Assembly: GCF_963676685.1 (NCBI RefSeq)
Contig: NC_092347.1
Location: 89,342,001 to 89,406,000, forward strand
Length of the DNA stretch: 64,000 nt
Direction of reading: 5' to 3'
From: Mytilus edulis
Taxonomy: Eukaryota
The notes under the pieces are model-generated. The model was given only the letters and a program-made list of their open reading frames with translations, did no database searches and had not been told where the DNA came from. Shown piece after piece: positions 1 through 31,175 of the stretch (its first letter is position 1; each line of letters opens with the position of its first letter). The translations under genes and the position numbers were made by a program.

Positions 1-638
1 TGTCCTTATCATCTTAAAAGTTTCATGGAATTCTGTTTTGTGGTTTTAGAGGAGTTGCAATGACAATCTGTTGCAGTAGTATATTGGGACAAATAAGTTC
101 GAAAGGACATAACTCTTAGAAAAGATTGTAATCATAAATTCATGTCAATATGCACATATAAAACATCCAAGGCCACCAATGGGTCTTCAACACAGTGAGT
201 CTCTATATATCAGTTTATTGTAATCCTTGAATGTATTAAGCTTGTAGTTTTTTTTATCATGAAGAGAAGAATATTAATTGGCAGTACAATCAGACTGGAT
301 AACTAATCTTGTTAGCCATGGTTCAACACATCAACACAAATCAGTGCTTATTTTTTTTTAATAAATAATACCTCCTGAGCTCATGATTAAAATCAATAAT
401 GTATAATTGCATCAACAAATGTTTTTTTGCAAAATAGATTCAGAATCAAATTAGACAGATTTGATTATACTTTAAAACAGTTATTGAAAATAAAAACAAC
501 ATTGTTATTTTATATCATCGTGTCCTGATATAACTGATCTTCTTGATCCTGATTTTGGTAATATAGTTGTTGCTCCAATTTCCCAGTAATCCTGATGAAT
601 ATTGCCAATTGTTTTTATCAGACATCATATTACTTCTA

Positions 639-17070
<16,432 letters not shown>

Positions 17071-17975
17071 ATTGTTTATAGTAACACGAAAGACTTATAA
17101 ACAAGGGAAATAACCTACAATGATAAAATAAAAACACAAAATATTTGACAAAGTATATATATATATGGTCTTTTAACTATGCAATTCTTATTCTGCTCTA
17201 AAACTGATTGATAATTACGCATCTAACAGCTAACAGGTAACAGTTTGTTAGAGGTTTAAACATAACATGATAGGTGTTTCACAATGTTCTGTCCTTGGTC
17301 CTATACTTTTTTAATATTTTCTTAAATGATCTTTTAATAATGAGACCCACCATTGGGGGGGGGGGGGGACCATGGTGTCAAAGTAATCACATCATCATGG
17401 ATAAGTTTTTAATCAATATATTCAAGTAATCAAAAACAGACCAAGATGCTTAAATAATCAAATAATCATGAAATATTTTGTCTGATAATCAAATACTAGT
17501 CAGTATCACTATAGAAACGGCAAAGTAATTACATAATCAAAAACCCTACAAGGAGGCTCTTAAATTCCGTTTAACTTTATCCAGTTCACTATACAATTAT
17601 ATAATGTTCTATAATGATAAAGATAACCTTGACGAATCTCAGTCTTATGGATATTAATCATAGCTAGTATTTCTAGATCTACACTTGAGATCATTTGGCT
17701 TTGATAGACTGATTTTCTTCTAACCGGGGACTATTATACTAATTGGACTGGAAACCGTTACACCAATCAGTGTATTAGTCCCAGTTCTAAACCATACTAT
17801 GTTTGCACATTTCAGAAAAATAAGCTTTGGCAATTGGCCAAAAAAATAAATAACAATTGATAAAAATCTTACATCTGATAAGGCTGATAAAAGTTATCAA
17901 AGGTACCAAGATTATAATTTAGTACGCCAACAAACAAATTATCAAAACAAATGTGAAATGTGGTCAAATAGTTGA

Positions 17976-18495
17976 AAAGTAAAATAAGAAAAATACAAAA
18001 CTCCGAGGAAAATTCAAAACGGAAAGTCCGTAAATCAAATGGTAAAATCAAAAGCTCAAACACATCAAACTGGCATATTCCTGACTGCGTACCGGCTTTT
18101 TCTTATGTAGGAAATGGAGGACTTAACCTCTCACTTGTATGACAGTCGAATTAAATTTCACAATGTTGACATCGATTTGTGAACAAAAAAAATAAACATA
18201 AAAGGTCAAAATGTCAAAAATAAGGGTACTTATGGTGTTATAATGATCATAATCAAATGTAATAAAGAAACACAAAAGGCATATATAGACAAAACACATT
18301 TATAGCAAAAACGAAAGACAAGAATACAAAAATTTACTATAGCACAATAACACAATCAATGACGGATGTATAAGTACAGAGCCCTGTCAAATGGATATTA
18401 CCCAAAACAGACTAACCAGCGAAAGGAATGATTACTTTAATACCCATAAAGACAAATAAAAGAATATAATAATACGTTATTAAGATGATAGACAA
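17976..18495 (+). repeat. High-copy interspersed repeat (aaaagtaaaataacaaaaatac..aactccgaggaaaattcaaaacggaaagtcc); further copies at ~20868, 23352, 27160(-), 33200-33690(-), 53348, 55030-55260(-), 60581-60722(-)
   Basis: At least 8 recognisable copies within the window. Confidence 0.8.
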
Positions 18496-19429
18496 CGTGG
18501 TAATACTTTTAAACCGTTGCCTCTTATCTTTTGTGGTAAATAATAACCTTCCATAATTTTACAAACTCTGCCGCCTCGATCTCTGTTACATTTTAACGTT
18601 TAGTATTTTGTATAGTTTGATTATGTCACCTCCGATCCTTTTATAATAAAGGAATGATAGATTAAATTTCTGTATTTTTTCTTCGAAGTGAAGTTATTTA
18701 ATCTTGGTAGTTGTTTCGTTGCCCGTCAATGCACTTTCTCAATCATATGCATGTAAATATATTTTATTGTATATGGATGCCATACTGAGTTTGCAAACTC
18801 TACATGTGTTCTTAGAGTCAAGTGTCTTGTATAGTGGTGCATATATGTATCTGTATCAAAATAAATCTTACTTTCTCTTAAAGAGTTTGTGACCATTGCG
18901 TAAAATATGTATTTGCTTAGTGTTCCTTGAAAGGTAGAAATGTCGAAGAAACATAAAATTATATTACGTGAGTGAAAATTTTAGAAACTATAAGTGGATT
19001 AAAATAGCAGATAATCATGTTGTGTTGCATGTTTGGTCTCTGATATCACTGCTGCATGGTGGACGCAGCGGGGGTCCACGAGCATATTACTTTTTCAGTT
19101 GTCAGTAGTTATCATTGGTATGGATACAATCTGTAAATTTTCTGCTCTTAATTTTCGATTTATGTATAGCAATTACTAAAGAATGTTCTGCAGTAGGCAA
19201 GGATGGCTTTGCCAGACACAGACTGTCCGATTTTATGTATGTTGGCATTGGCTTTTGTTGTAGTTCAGTGTTTATGTTGTTCTGTTGTTGTTCTTATAGT
19301 GCATGTGTTTCTTTCGGTTTTACTGTTTGTTACCCGGGTTTGTTTTTACTTAATCGAATTAAGACTTTTGGACAGCGATATACTTCTGTTGCCTTTATAA
19401 ACCGTTTATGGCACATTTTCTTAAGTTTT

Positions 19430-20330
19430 GACTTGTAATGCTCTCAAACTTCGATTAGACCTTTCAGCTATTTTTATTCGGAGCGTCACTGGTGATGTTT
19501 TATGTAGACAAAACGATCGTCTAGAGTAAAACAATAGACCACTTTCGAGTTCATCCGTCACCGGAAAAAACTCGTCAATTATACGCGCCTTTATCATCGT
19601 CATTTGTGCGTTTAGGGGCGTCGTCACTTCCTTCCAATGTTGAGCGAGTGGTTTGGAAAACTATAATTCTATATTGTACGAATTATTCGGCAAATTGAAT
19701 TCTCAAAATTGACAATCAACACTGCTGTCATTAGGGAAATGTCAGTAAGTACCTACAGAGCAACCATTATTTCTAGTTTATCCTGCACAAAGACGATCAC
19801 TAAGACGCTTGATGAACGTAAATAGTGCAGGGATACAGGCGAGCCCCTCTATCTGGTAAATGACGTCATAAAGGCGTGTATAATTGACGAGTTTTTGCCG
19901 GTGACGGATGAACTCGAAAGTGGTCTATTATAAGCCTGGTACTTTTGACGAAATTTTACAACCACTGGGTCGATATCACTAGGTTGGTGTCACAGGCACT
20001 CTTCTCAGAAAAAAAAAATTCTATATAAAGGTATATTGGGAAACAAATCTGAGACGAGTGCCTGTGGTTGGTGTACATTTTTCTTCATCCAGTAGTCAGC
20101 AATTGGTATTGACATTGATAACCACAGTTAGGGACGTTTTTTGTATATTTTTAGTATTGTTTTGAAAAGTTTTGAAATCCTCCATACTAGACAATTTTTC
20201 GACCCACGGCTTGCTTTTGCCTTCATAACTTTATGCTATTCGAGTGGAACTGATGGGTCTTATGAAGACGACACGCGCTTCTAGCATAACAAATTGTAAG
20301 TCAAGTTTTCCAAAGGTGCAGTTAAATTCT
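19430..20330 (+). repeat. Degenerate tandem retrozyme-family copies interrupted by a MITE
   Basis: Decayed hammerheads at 19481-19527 and ~20243-20288; accactgggtcgat, ccagtagtcagc segments shared with the 354-nt unit. Confidence 0.6.
19535..19927. mobile_element. MITE with ~70-bp TIRs
   Basis: tagaccactttcgagttcatccgtcaccgg...ccggtgacggatgaactcgaaagtggtcta. Confidence 0.85.
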
Positions 20331-22543
20331 TGTCTTATTGACGACAGGCCAACATCTCTTTGATGAATTTAGTTTTGTGTTCAGTGAAAAGACGTACTAT
20401 AAAAAATCTTGAAAAATCTATTGAAGATGCGTCGAGAGATATTCCCATGTGAGTAAATAAAATTTGTCTCGAGAACAAAGCAGAACGCAGAAGAGCTCAA
20501 AAACTCGTTCAATGATATAAACGTTTCCCAACAAAGAAAGAAAAAAAATTGATTAATCTACGATGCAAGAGCGGTACAAACACGGTGTTTTAGTTTTAGA
20601 TATACCTTCGGTTGGTTATTTTGAATGACCATTTTTTGTTGTTGTCTTTATAAATTGTAAAAGACATTAATAATTGACCTTCTATCATATATCATCATTA
20701 GATACTATACATTATATACGCAATCAAACGAATTATATAATTCAATGACTTTTTTCCTACCTATACATGACATGTACGAGAATCATGAGTCATTGGTGCA
20801 AACAATAAACTCATCATATACACCCTATTTATAATTTTGTACGCAAAATGCGTGGTTCGTCTTAAAAAAAAGTAAAATAACAAAAATACAGAACTCCGAG
20901 GAAAATTCGAAACGGCTATTCCGTCATCAAAGGGCTAAATCAAACACTCAAACACATCAAACGAATACTAAAATAAAAAATATCAACTGTCCTATTCCTG
21001 ACATACATCTGGCGTTCAATATATTATTATAAGTATGGTTTATGTAATGAGTTATTCCATATTGTGCCTTTTGTAAGTCCATGAGGGTCTGGATCGAGGG
21101 CCCTATATTCTACACTATAAGCCTTTATATGTAATGCACAATATTCTCTATTCTTTATATTTTTGCACCCAAAACAAATCATTTTCTATTCATTACTACT
21201 TTGTCTGTTTTCTCTATTTTTCCTCCTACAAAAGATACAACAATGATACCAGAATAAGTAAAGTTAAAAAGACCGTATACAGTACGAAGCTGGAGAACAT
21301 CGAGAACCCAGTGTTCCGAAAGATATTGCCAAACTTTTTTCTGGGGAAGAACGTTCTAAGTAATTTTAAATAAGTTGTTTTATGTGTATTATTCTTCGTA
21401 GAAATAACGATAATGTAAACTTTTCATTATTGATTTATTTCAGTCACTGCAGCCAAACATTTCACTTAAAACAAAACGTCTAAATTAAGCTTTTCTTCGT
21501 GTAAATTTTCATGACAAGGAAGTTAGCATTTTGGATTTGATTGGATATTAAACTGTATCACATGCAAGTTATTGATATACCAACATTTAAGTTTTTGTTA
21601 AAAGTGTAGGTATGACCTGACACAAACTTTACCTGTAATGTGATAACAGGTAACAACATTTGTACTTAGATTTAAATTAAACAAAACAGTCCAAGGTATA
21701 TCGAAATGCTAGGATTTATACTTCCTTATACGAAAAGAATGTGGTTTTTACCCTTTAGTCAATGGTAAGAAATTTATCATTTATTTCGAAGATTTGAGAA
21801 GATTTGTTTAAAAGAAATAACTTTTACCATTTCCTTGTTGAACAAAGGTCACATATTTTCAGTCATTTCTTGTTTCTACAGTACCTAAACAAAACTATAC
21901 CATACGATTTAGTAATGACTATAGGGACTTTAACAAAACAACTGTGATAACACAATGATCATACACTATAAATAGATTATAATTTTTATTTTCAATGATA
22001 ATAGTAAATAATTTATTAATCTGTTTGAAATTGTATTTTTTGCTTATTTACAATATTTATGCTGGTTATTTCAACAAACAACTTCCTTATCAAGAATTAA
22101 ATTTTATTTGTTCAACGTAGAAGTTGGATTCAGTCTCTCAAGTACTATTAAGATATAGTCATTAAGTATTGAAGTACTTATGCGCAATTAGTCATCTAGT
22201 TATATTTTTAGAACAGTAAAATTTGATGACCAAATGTAGGAGAGATTTACATGTACTTATTAAACAGAAGATGATTGTTGTTTACATGTTTATGTATTAT
22301 TTGTGTGTATATACATATTTTGTAATTTTAATGTTCATATTTGGCAACCTTTTAAATATTGTATCGACATGATACGATATGAAAGAAGGAAGGATTATGA
22401 AAACTGATCTTTCGTCTGTTCTCACGTTTTTTTACATGTACATCCAAAAATATTTTATTCGGTCATTTACATGATTTGCTTATCCTTCTGATACACCTGA
22501 GATCATCCCCAGATTTTGATATGATTGGTTATAACCAATCTAA

Positions 22544-22674
22544 AGTTTCATTGGTAGTTTTTGTTGACTTATCAGTTTTTCTGCCAGTTTCATTGGTAGT
22601 TTTTGTTGACTTATCAGTTTTTCTGCCAGTTTCATTGGTAGTTTTTGTTGACTTATCAGTTTTCTGCCAGTTTC
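22544..22674. repeat. 42-bp tandem repeat, 3 copies
   Basis: agtttcattggtagtttttgttgacttatcagtttttctgcc; explains ORF-track entry 22476..22697. Confidence 0.92.
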
Positions 22675-24293
22675 TCTTCAATTTTTGTATTCCTTAAGAA
22701 GCTCCTGTTTTGTTAACAGTTTTTTTTAATCTTTTTTCTGTGATTTCATAGGATTGACGTCGCTCCTTCTGCAACTATCTGTGTAGTAGTTATGTTATCA
22801 GTTGTTTTCTTTTCTCTTAGACTTTTTCGTATTCCCACAGTGTTTCTGATTTTCTAGTTGTGGTTTTCGATAAGCCTTGTTAATTTCAATCTAAGCTAGA
22901 TACATGTGTGCTTTTGAGATAAAACTAAGTTTCACTTAACTTGATTTTTACTTAAAAAAGGGACGAAAGATACCAAAGGGACAGTCAAACTCATAAATCG
23001 AAAATAAACTGATAACGCCATGGCTAAAAATGAAAAAGACAAACAGACAAACAATAGTACACATGACACAACATAGAAAACTTAAGCGTCACTCAACATT
23101 GCAAAATATTTGTTTACTAACACAAAGTGAGAAGTTACCATTCGGGCAAACAAAAACACAAAGTCGAATAACATTAGATATAGTTCAGGTTGAAGCTAAT
23201 TATATAAAATTATAATGAGTTGTCGAAACGATTATTCTTTTTATGTTTATCAATATTTTAATAAAACTTCTACTAAAGGCATGATGTTAGTGTTCTTACA
23301 AACAAAATCGTAAAACAAAAAAAAACATTAGAACATTTTAACTAGATACGAAAAAAGTAAAATAACAAAAATAACGAATTTTAAAGGAAATTCAACACAA
23401 CACGGAAAGTCCTTTAAGAAATGGCATATATTGATGTTCAAAATTAATAATTATTTTTTCAATATATGTATTTGCATTAAGATAAACAATACAACACTGA
23501 AAGGAAAAACAATAGTTCAAGAAGGTATAAGTTTTTCCCTTAAATTGGAGTATGTCATGTCATTTCTTAAAACAAGTATTCGCTCTAGTGTTATGCAGGT
23601 GTATTAGTCTGTACATAGTTCCTGCATATATTCGCACTTTTCATGTGTTTATACTTTTGAAAAACGTTGGTAGCACATTTTAACCAAGGATAAATCTATT
23701 GTAAAAGATGTATAATGGCGCGAAATACCTCCTTAAACATATTTAGAAAATGTCAGTTGAAGTATTATGAAATTATTTTATAGAAGAACTTTTAAAAAAC
23801 AGATATAAAACAGACACATATTGGCTGAAAAACAAACGGTGTTCTATAAAGCATATTCATCAATGGTCCAATAAAAAATGGTTGAACCCTATTTCATCAA
23901 CAATTGACATTCACGCTCATTAATCAATTGTGTCTCCAAATTTGTACTTTGTAATGAACACTTTAACAGAATGAAACAAACTAATAATCTTAATATTTAA
24001 GATAAGAGTGAACATTTTATACCATACATTTTAATCTAAAAATAAATAATAAATTGAATAGAAAGCTTATCTTCATGTACATATAAAACTTAATGTAAAA
24101 TAAGTCAATACAATGTCAACATTATGTTCAATTATTACATGTACTACAAAACTGAGATACAACTTTCTTGTATTCTTCACTACAAAGGGTTCCACTGTAC
24201 CATTCCGTCAAAACCTAAATTATTGTAGTATTTATTCAGTCCTAAAAACAAAAACGTTTTTACTGAATGCCTTTTTTTTTTAGAAAATAAATC

Positions 24294-24476
24294 NNNNNNN
24301 NNNNNNNNNNNNNNNNNNNNNNNNNNNNNNNNNNNNNNNNNNNNNNNNNNNNNNNNNNNNNNNNNNNNNNNNNNNNNNNNNNNNNNNNNNNNNNNNNNNN
24401 NNNNNNNNNNNNNNNNNNNNNNNNNNNNNNNNNNNNNNNNNNNNNNNNNNNNNNNNNNNNNNNNNNNNNNNNNNNN
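24294..24476. other. Assembly gap (183 N)
   Basis: Run of N. Confidence 0.99.
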
Positions 24477-25035
24477 AATTTGTATAAGGTGTATTTTTCT
24501 ATCTTGAAGGCTTTTAGTTCTAGCACTGGATCGATACCTCTATCGTTACTTATACTAGTACTTGGTAACCAGTTTTTTAGCACTCTCGTTTGATATATAG
24601 AGATTAATACATGGCCTTTTCCATATCAGCCTGGGTATCATCCCGAGACCCCCATATCAGCCCGAGACGGTTTAGTACTTGCACCTGATATGGGTTATCA
24701 GCCCGGGTGGGAAGATATGGCTTGTGCACTTCCGCCCATTACACATATGCAAAAGCTATCATATTAATGCTAAGTATATGATAAATGCTTATATTTGCAC
24801 TGTCACTTGTTAACCAAATTTGATACTCGAACTTCTCTGCATCGGGTATAGATTACATGAGCTGTATTTGGAAAAACTTTTCGGAATTTTGTGTCCTATG
24901 CTTTTCAACTTTGTACTTTATTTTGCCTTTGTAACATTCATCATTCGAGCGTCACTGGCAAGTCATTTGTCGACGACAAGCGCGTATGGCACGGATACAA
25001 AATATCAATTATGGTATCTGTGATGAGTTTATTAT

Positions 25036-26221
25036 TTGTATATGTTGTGTACAAGTTATCATTTGGTACAAATCATAATTTGAACAAATAAATTGTACAA
25101 ATTATAATTTGTATTTTGACTTTGTATAAATTATTATTTGTACAAAAAGTGCCTGTACAAATTACAATTTGTACAATATTTGACGAAAATTCACTTATAA
25201 CTTGTACAACAATTTATAATATTGATTTTGGTGGGAAAAGCATTGATAACCACCACCATAGAACTGTTATTAAGTGACCATACTGTACATCTTATGTATA
25301 TAGTTCTTTATCATTCATTTAAGCGGGTGAGTGAATGATAGCATCAGGAATTTCATCTTTTGACTTTCACATTTATCTCTTCTTCGACACTTTGCAATGA
25401 CCAATTACTTTTGATCAATTGCTCTAATAAGTTTCCAAAGGTAAATATCCGAATTATTATTATTTACAGTTTTTCTAGTCATTTACTCAGTTGATGTAAT
25501 TGTGTAAACATGCCGGCATTGTTGATCAGAGGATGAAATTTGAAACTAATATCTTACCAAGAAAACGATACAATAACTTATAATAAGAACTTGTTGTTTT
25601 GGGTTAATATCATTATACATATTCCTCAGTATTATCGTGTCCAAACCAGTTCTCTAAATATCTAAGGCGTAATTGTTGAAACTTGAAATTTGTGTACCAC
25701 TTATACGAAAAGCTGTGTGAATTGTCAAAGGTTATTTATGTCTTATAGTTAATCTGAAGCTCTTAAAGGCGCATGTTAATTTACAGCATCGGTTCTTGTG
25801 CTTCAACTTTTGCTACGTAACAAAATTTAACAGCCTTAACACACAGGTTGTCCAGGGTTTCTTTCGTGTAAATGCATAGGCGGGAACAGCACTTCTGAAT
25901 GTAAATGTGATTGTCAAATGATATTGTGCAATTCCCGATGCCATAATTAACTCACCTGCTCAAACGAAATCACAAAGAACTACTGAATATCATTTTATAA
26001 CAATTCTGTTTTGTGTATCGAAGCTTTTTCCACCAAAATACATATAATTTATTGTACAAGCTACAAGTCAATTTTCGTTAAATTTTGTACAAATTGTAAT
26101 TTGTACAGGTACTTTTTGTACAAATTACAATTTGTATAAATTCAAAATACAAATTATAATTATTTTTTTTTGTACAAATTATAACTTGTACAAAATGATA
26201 ACTTGTACACAACATATACAA
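25036..26221. mobile_element. Foldback-like element with ~300-bp TIRs rich in ttgtacaa
   Basis: ttgtatatgttgtgtacaagttatcattt / aaatgataacttgtacacaacatatacaa; the arms stay alignable inward to ~25350 / ~25925. Confidence 0.8.
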
Positions 26222-29200
26222 CACAACAGAAAAGTACTGAAACTGTAAACATAGCACGAAATGTACATATAACAAATGGTATACAATACACTATGTGTTA
26301 TTTCCATCACATAGTCATGTTTAGGTGGAAACATGAATACTGTTATAAAAAGTAAACAATTAAGGTCCATCAGAGGAATTGCCAAGGTCAGTTACTAGTA
26401 TATGAAAATATGCAATCTTTCAAATAAAGTGACACGTTAGTTTACCGATATTCAAATCTCATAAATCTCACAAAGAGTAATACTAGCAGTGCAAGAATAA
26501 GTATGATAACGGTGTGATGATAAAAGTGATACACTTATGTGATTTTTAGTGTGCAGTTCTCTGCAATAGGCGTGTGTGCGGCAGTTTCGCATACCACTGT
26601 TCCTTCTATCACAGGATGAATACCTCTATGATTTCTGTATGAAGTATTTACTTCTATTGTTGCTGTCACGATGTAGATATCACTTTTTATATTATCACAG
26701 GGTGTATACATCTGTTGATACAGTCACTGGGTAGTTACCTCTATTGGTATTTCCACTGGAAAATACCACTATTGGTACTGTCAGAGGGTATGTAACGTGA
26801 TGGAATACCAATTACATATATTTTGACGTTTTTTGTTTCACTTACGTTTATTTAAATAACAAACAAAAGTTTTCATCCTGTCTTTATTCTTTAGGTTTTC
26901 ACTATAGAATTCCATATATTTAATTTTGAAATCATACTTTATTATAAAACAATTGTGTTGAGCCGACAAACGTGCGACTCAAGTTTGTTCTGTAATGAGG
27001 ATTACATGCTTCACTTTACATCTGTTCAATCTAAAAAGTGATGTTTTGTACTATTTCTCAACATTTTGAAGACAATTTGAGAATAGCCCCTGCATACTGT
27101 GCATTTTGTAGAAAAATGAAATTCTCTTAGGTTTAATCAAACAAAATTTCTACATAAAAAAATGCCTGTACCAAATCAGGAATATGACAGTTTTTACGCG
27201 TTATTGTGATGTGTTTGAGCCTTTAATTTTGCCATTTGATCAGAGACTGTCAATTTTAAATTATCCTCGGTGTTCATTTTTGGGGGGATTTTACATATTT
27301 TTACATATATTAAAAATAAGTAGATTATTGTCAATAGGACAACTATTCATAAAAAAAAGTTATATAAGTACGGCTATTAATGGCATGACATGACAAATAT
27401 GAAACAAATCAATTGAGAAAACTAATTAATCACAAAACAGTTTTCGAAAAACCAAATGTGACAGACATGAACCAATGACAACCACTGTACTACAGGCTCT
27501 AGGCTAAAGAGAGGCACATAAAGAATGTGGCAATGTTAAACACGTTTTTAGCGCTAAACAAATATTTGTTATAAATTGCTCAATAATATGATTAAAGGTT
27601 GATATTTTGTGGACGTCGCACGAGACTTTTCCGTAGATTATACTTGACTAGCATTTTTGGTGTATATTAAGTTACATGTATTTTGAAAGACGTGCATAAT
27701 GGCAAATTATAAAAATTATACAAGTTGTTTAATTTTTAAAAGAATCTGTCAGATTTATACTGAGTTTTGTTTCTCAAAATATGTACAAATTCGGTGCTCT
27801 GTGCAATTTGGGTAGTGTGCTTATACATTTATTGGTTATATTATATGATAGAAATATTGAAATTATTCAATTATTATCTATTGACTTCTCAGTTTTCATT
27901 CAATATGTTTGATCTCAATATTCATGGGATATGCTTCAGTGTTATTAAGGACGAAAGAATGGATTTTGATCATAATTCATTAAAAAAGTAAACAAAAAAA
28001 AACTGTCTGATTTCGGTTGCATAATAATGAAAGAAAATTAACATGCTAAGTAAGCTCAAAGACTCATTTCAAGGATAAATGAATACAAATATATGTAAGA
28101 GGTATACACCAGTGACGGCACAAAACTGTATAGCTGAATTGCAGTAATTGTAAAAGATCATATGCATAGAAATTAAAGCAGACATCTAATTTGCACTTTT
28201 TAAGATGAAAATTTAATAAAAATGTACTTCTTCAGTAATTTTATGGTGAGCTGTATTTCTTGGAGTCGTCGTGATAGATTTTTGTTGATTAAGTCGCAAA
28301 TTAAAAAGTACTACAATTTATAATCTGCATCTAAAGAAATAATAGGATAAAAAGATCAATATTACAACCAAGATTTAATGCAATACATTATTTTCAAACC
28401 TTATATATTGTTCCACCTAATTTGAAAATAATATGATAAAACATTTCTTTAATGCCTGGAAAAAATTTAATTAAGCTCACTCGGTGAATATACTTATCCA
28501 GTATTTTTGTAAAAACAAAAAACACTTTGTTATATGACATACTTACACCGGTTAAGTTGGTAAGCTTAACGATAAAGATACACTAAAAGCACAACGACTG
28601 TATACGTTTTTGCTGCCTAGAAACATTGTTATTGTGATTCGTTTTCATTCAATTTATTACTGCATGAATAGTTGCAGTGGCTTTTAATTGCTCGGATATT
28701 GAGTCCGCAATGCTCTACAATTTCATTCTTTATTAAGCCTTGTTAACTTTTTTTTTATTCGAGCGTCACTGTTGATTCTTTTGTATACAAAATGCGCGTA
28801 TGGTGTACACAATCTTTATCCTGGTATCTATAATGAGTTTCCTTACAGTAGACATTAAGTCTTTCTTTTATATTTATATATTTATGTTACATCATTCATA
28901 CAAATGTAACATTGAACTGTAGTCGACAAATTTATTTTTTATTATTGATTCAATCTTTAACGCATTATTGATCACGACTAAGTTTGATTTTTTTTGTAAA
29001 TATTTTTGTTAGTCTTGAAAAAAAACATATTTACTGCATAATTTCAATGTATAAAATTGTTTTTGAAAGTAAATTTTGAACTTTGAATGTTAAAACTTAA
29101 ATGATCTTCCGGTTTTTAAGCGATTCAGTGTTTTAAAGGTTGTAAATTTTAGCATCAGATAAGAAACACGATTACAACTCACTATTAAAAGAGAGTAGTT

Positions 29201-29575
29201 GATAAAGTCATAGAAAGTTTAAATACTCAGTGTACGATCCTTTGAAAATGAACAAAGATGTGAGTGTACCTTGAGGTAGAATGTTTAAGAATAGATGCAT
29301 GCCAAAAGTGTAATGTGTTTTAATATTGCCAGTAAACGAGTATTGCTATAAAGATTGGAGGCAAATATCGAAAAGAAAGGAAGCAGTTTCAATTGATATT
29401 TAAAATAACCTTTTGTTTCAAAAACCTTTCATTATAATATTTTTAAAACGAAAAACCAAATCACGTGAAAGAAAGGAGAAGGCTATAAAAGGGACACTAA
29501 AACCAATAAATCGAAAACAAACCGACAAAGACATGGCAAAACAAACCGAAAGGGAAAATAAAATCACAAAATTTC

Positions 29576-30303
29576 CGGTCCAACGATTTACAGAAAAGGG
29601 CGACGACTTACAGAAAAGAACCGAAAAGAACCGAAAAGGACCAAAAAGAACCGAAAATGACCGAAAAGAACCGAAAAGAGCATACATAATTATTGATTAT
29701 TATTTAAAGTTAAAACAATGTATATATCTAGTTTTATAAATTGACCATAAACCCACTTATTCATGGTATGGTATCAATATTTCTGACCTGACACTACGTA
29801 CTTATTATTGCTTAATAAATTAGAACTTAATATGCAATGTTTCGGGTTCTTTCGGGAATAATCCAAGGGTTTATGGTCAATTTATAAAACTAGGTCAGAA
29901 ATATTGATACCATACCATGAATAAGTGGGTTTATGGTCAATTTATAAAACTGTTTTCTATTCCATAAGATAGGCATCTGTATTGTCTATCTTCTGCCAAT
30001 TTAGGCACACCTCCACAAAAAATCGACCCTACCTATAATTTTTCACATGTACAGTAAGTTATTATATGTAGTCCTGTCGCAGTATAAGGTTTCAAAACCT
30101 AAGAATAAACTTTTGTGAAAAATATCTTTTTATTTATAATAGACTTATATAATTTTGCAATTTGCTAATTTTCTTCGATTACAAAAAAAACTTCGATCTC
30201 CTTTTCGGTTCTTTTCGGTCCTTTTCGGTTCTTTTTGGTCCTTTTCGGTCCTTTTCGGTTCTTTTCTGTAAATCGTCGCTCTTTTCTGTAAGTCGTCGAA
30301 CCC
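29576..30303. mobile_element. MuDR/foldback-like element with 9-bp TSD and 10-bp repeats in its TIRs
   Basis: TSD caaaatttc (29567-29575, 30304-30312); ~105-bp TIRs made of (gaccgaaaag)n; extra internal 60-bp inverted repeat. Confidence 0.85.
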
Positions 30304-30859
30304 CAAAATTTCTGAACCCTGACAGTGGTATGATAATCAACTCATCAAATATTCCATGATTATAATTCAAAGATTATAACAACTAAAAAGTTCGCCACTT
30401 TGAGAATACCAAAACCAAAAAATATATGCGTTAAATGTCATGGAGGCAGCAAATAAACATGACTCCTACTGTTAATTATTTAATTATTTCTATTTGTGTT
30501 TTAGTTATAAATTCAAACGAACATAAGTTATTTACACAAAAAAAAAACACCAACACCTCTGTATGAGACCATTCGCCTGAAAGTGTTAGAAAAGCTTTTA
30601 AATACATTTCATTGATTCCCTTGATTGCTGCTGTAAATTACCGTGTACTGCATGCAATTCTGGTTAGCAATATAGGCTCCTTGGAGACTCTTGATATTAT
30701 TACAGTCAATGAATTGTAATGTCATATATAGATATAGGAAGATGTGGTATAAGAGCCAATAAGACAACTCTCCATTCAAGTCACAATTTATAGACTGGTC
30801 ATAGATAGCAGGATTAAAATGTTGTACGCTAGACGGGAGTTTTATTTGCATAATTGATT

Positions 30860-31175
30860 TTCTTATGTCGTAACTACAACCCCATTCCCTTTTAACGAAT
30901 GTGACCTACCGAATTAGACTATTTACCAGGTTTGTAATAACATGAGAACCAAGACGGTTGCCACAGGCGGAGCAGGATCTGCTTACCCTTCCAGAGCACC
31001 TGAGATCACCCCCAGTTTTTGGTGGGGTTCGTGTTGCTTTGTCTTTAGTTTTCTATGTGTGTCTTGTGTACTGTTGTTTGTCTATTTGTCTTTTCCTTTT
31101 CAAGCCATGTAGTTGCCAGTTTGTTTTCAATTTGTGAGTTTGACTGTCCCACTGGTATCTTTTGTCCCTCTTTTA
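30860..31175. repeat. Interspersed repeat (ggagcaggatctgcttacccttcc..gagcacctgagatcacccccag); inverted partial copy at 22955-23082
   Basis: gagtttgactgtccc..tggtatcttt matches the reverse complement of aaagataccaaagggacagtcaaactc. Confidence 0.7.

Noticed and set aside
20340-21700. Candidate 5' UTR exons or promoter of the SH3BP2-like gene (donor-like gtgagt at 20449; tcagtc and ggaagt near 21440-21525)
   Set aside because: Cannot be distinguished from chance without transcript data
24260-24583. 107-aa ORF
   Set aside because: Artefact of reading through the N gap
29413-30370. K/R/E-rich ORFs
   Set aside because: Translations of the 10-bp TIR repeats of a MITE
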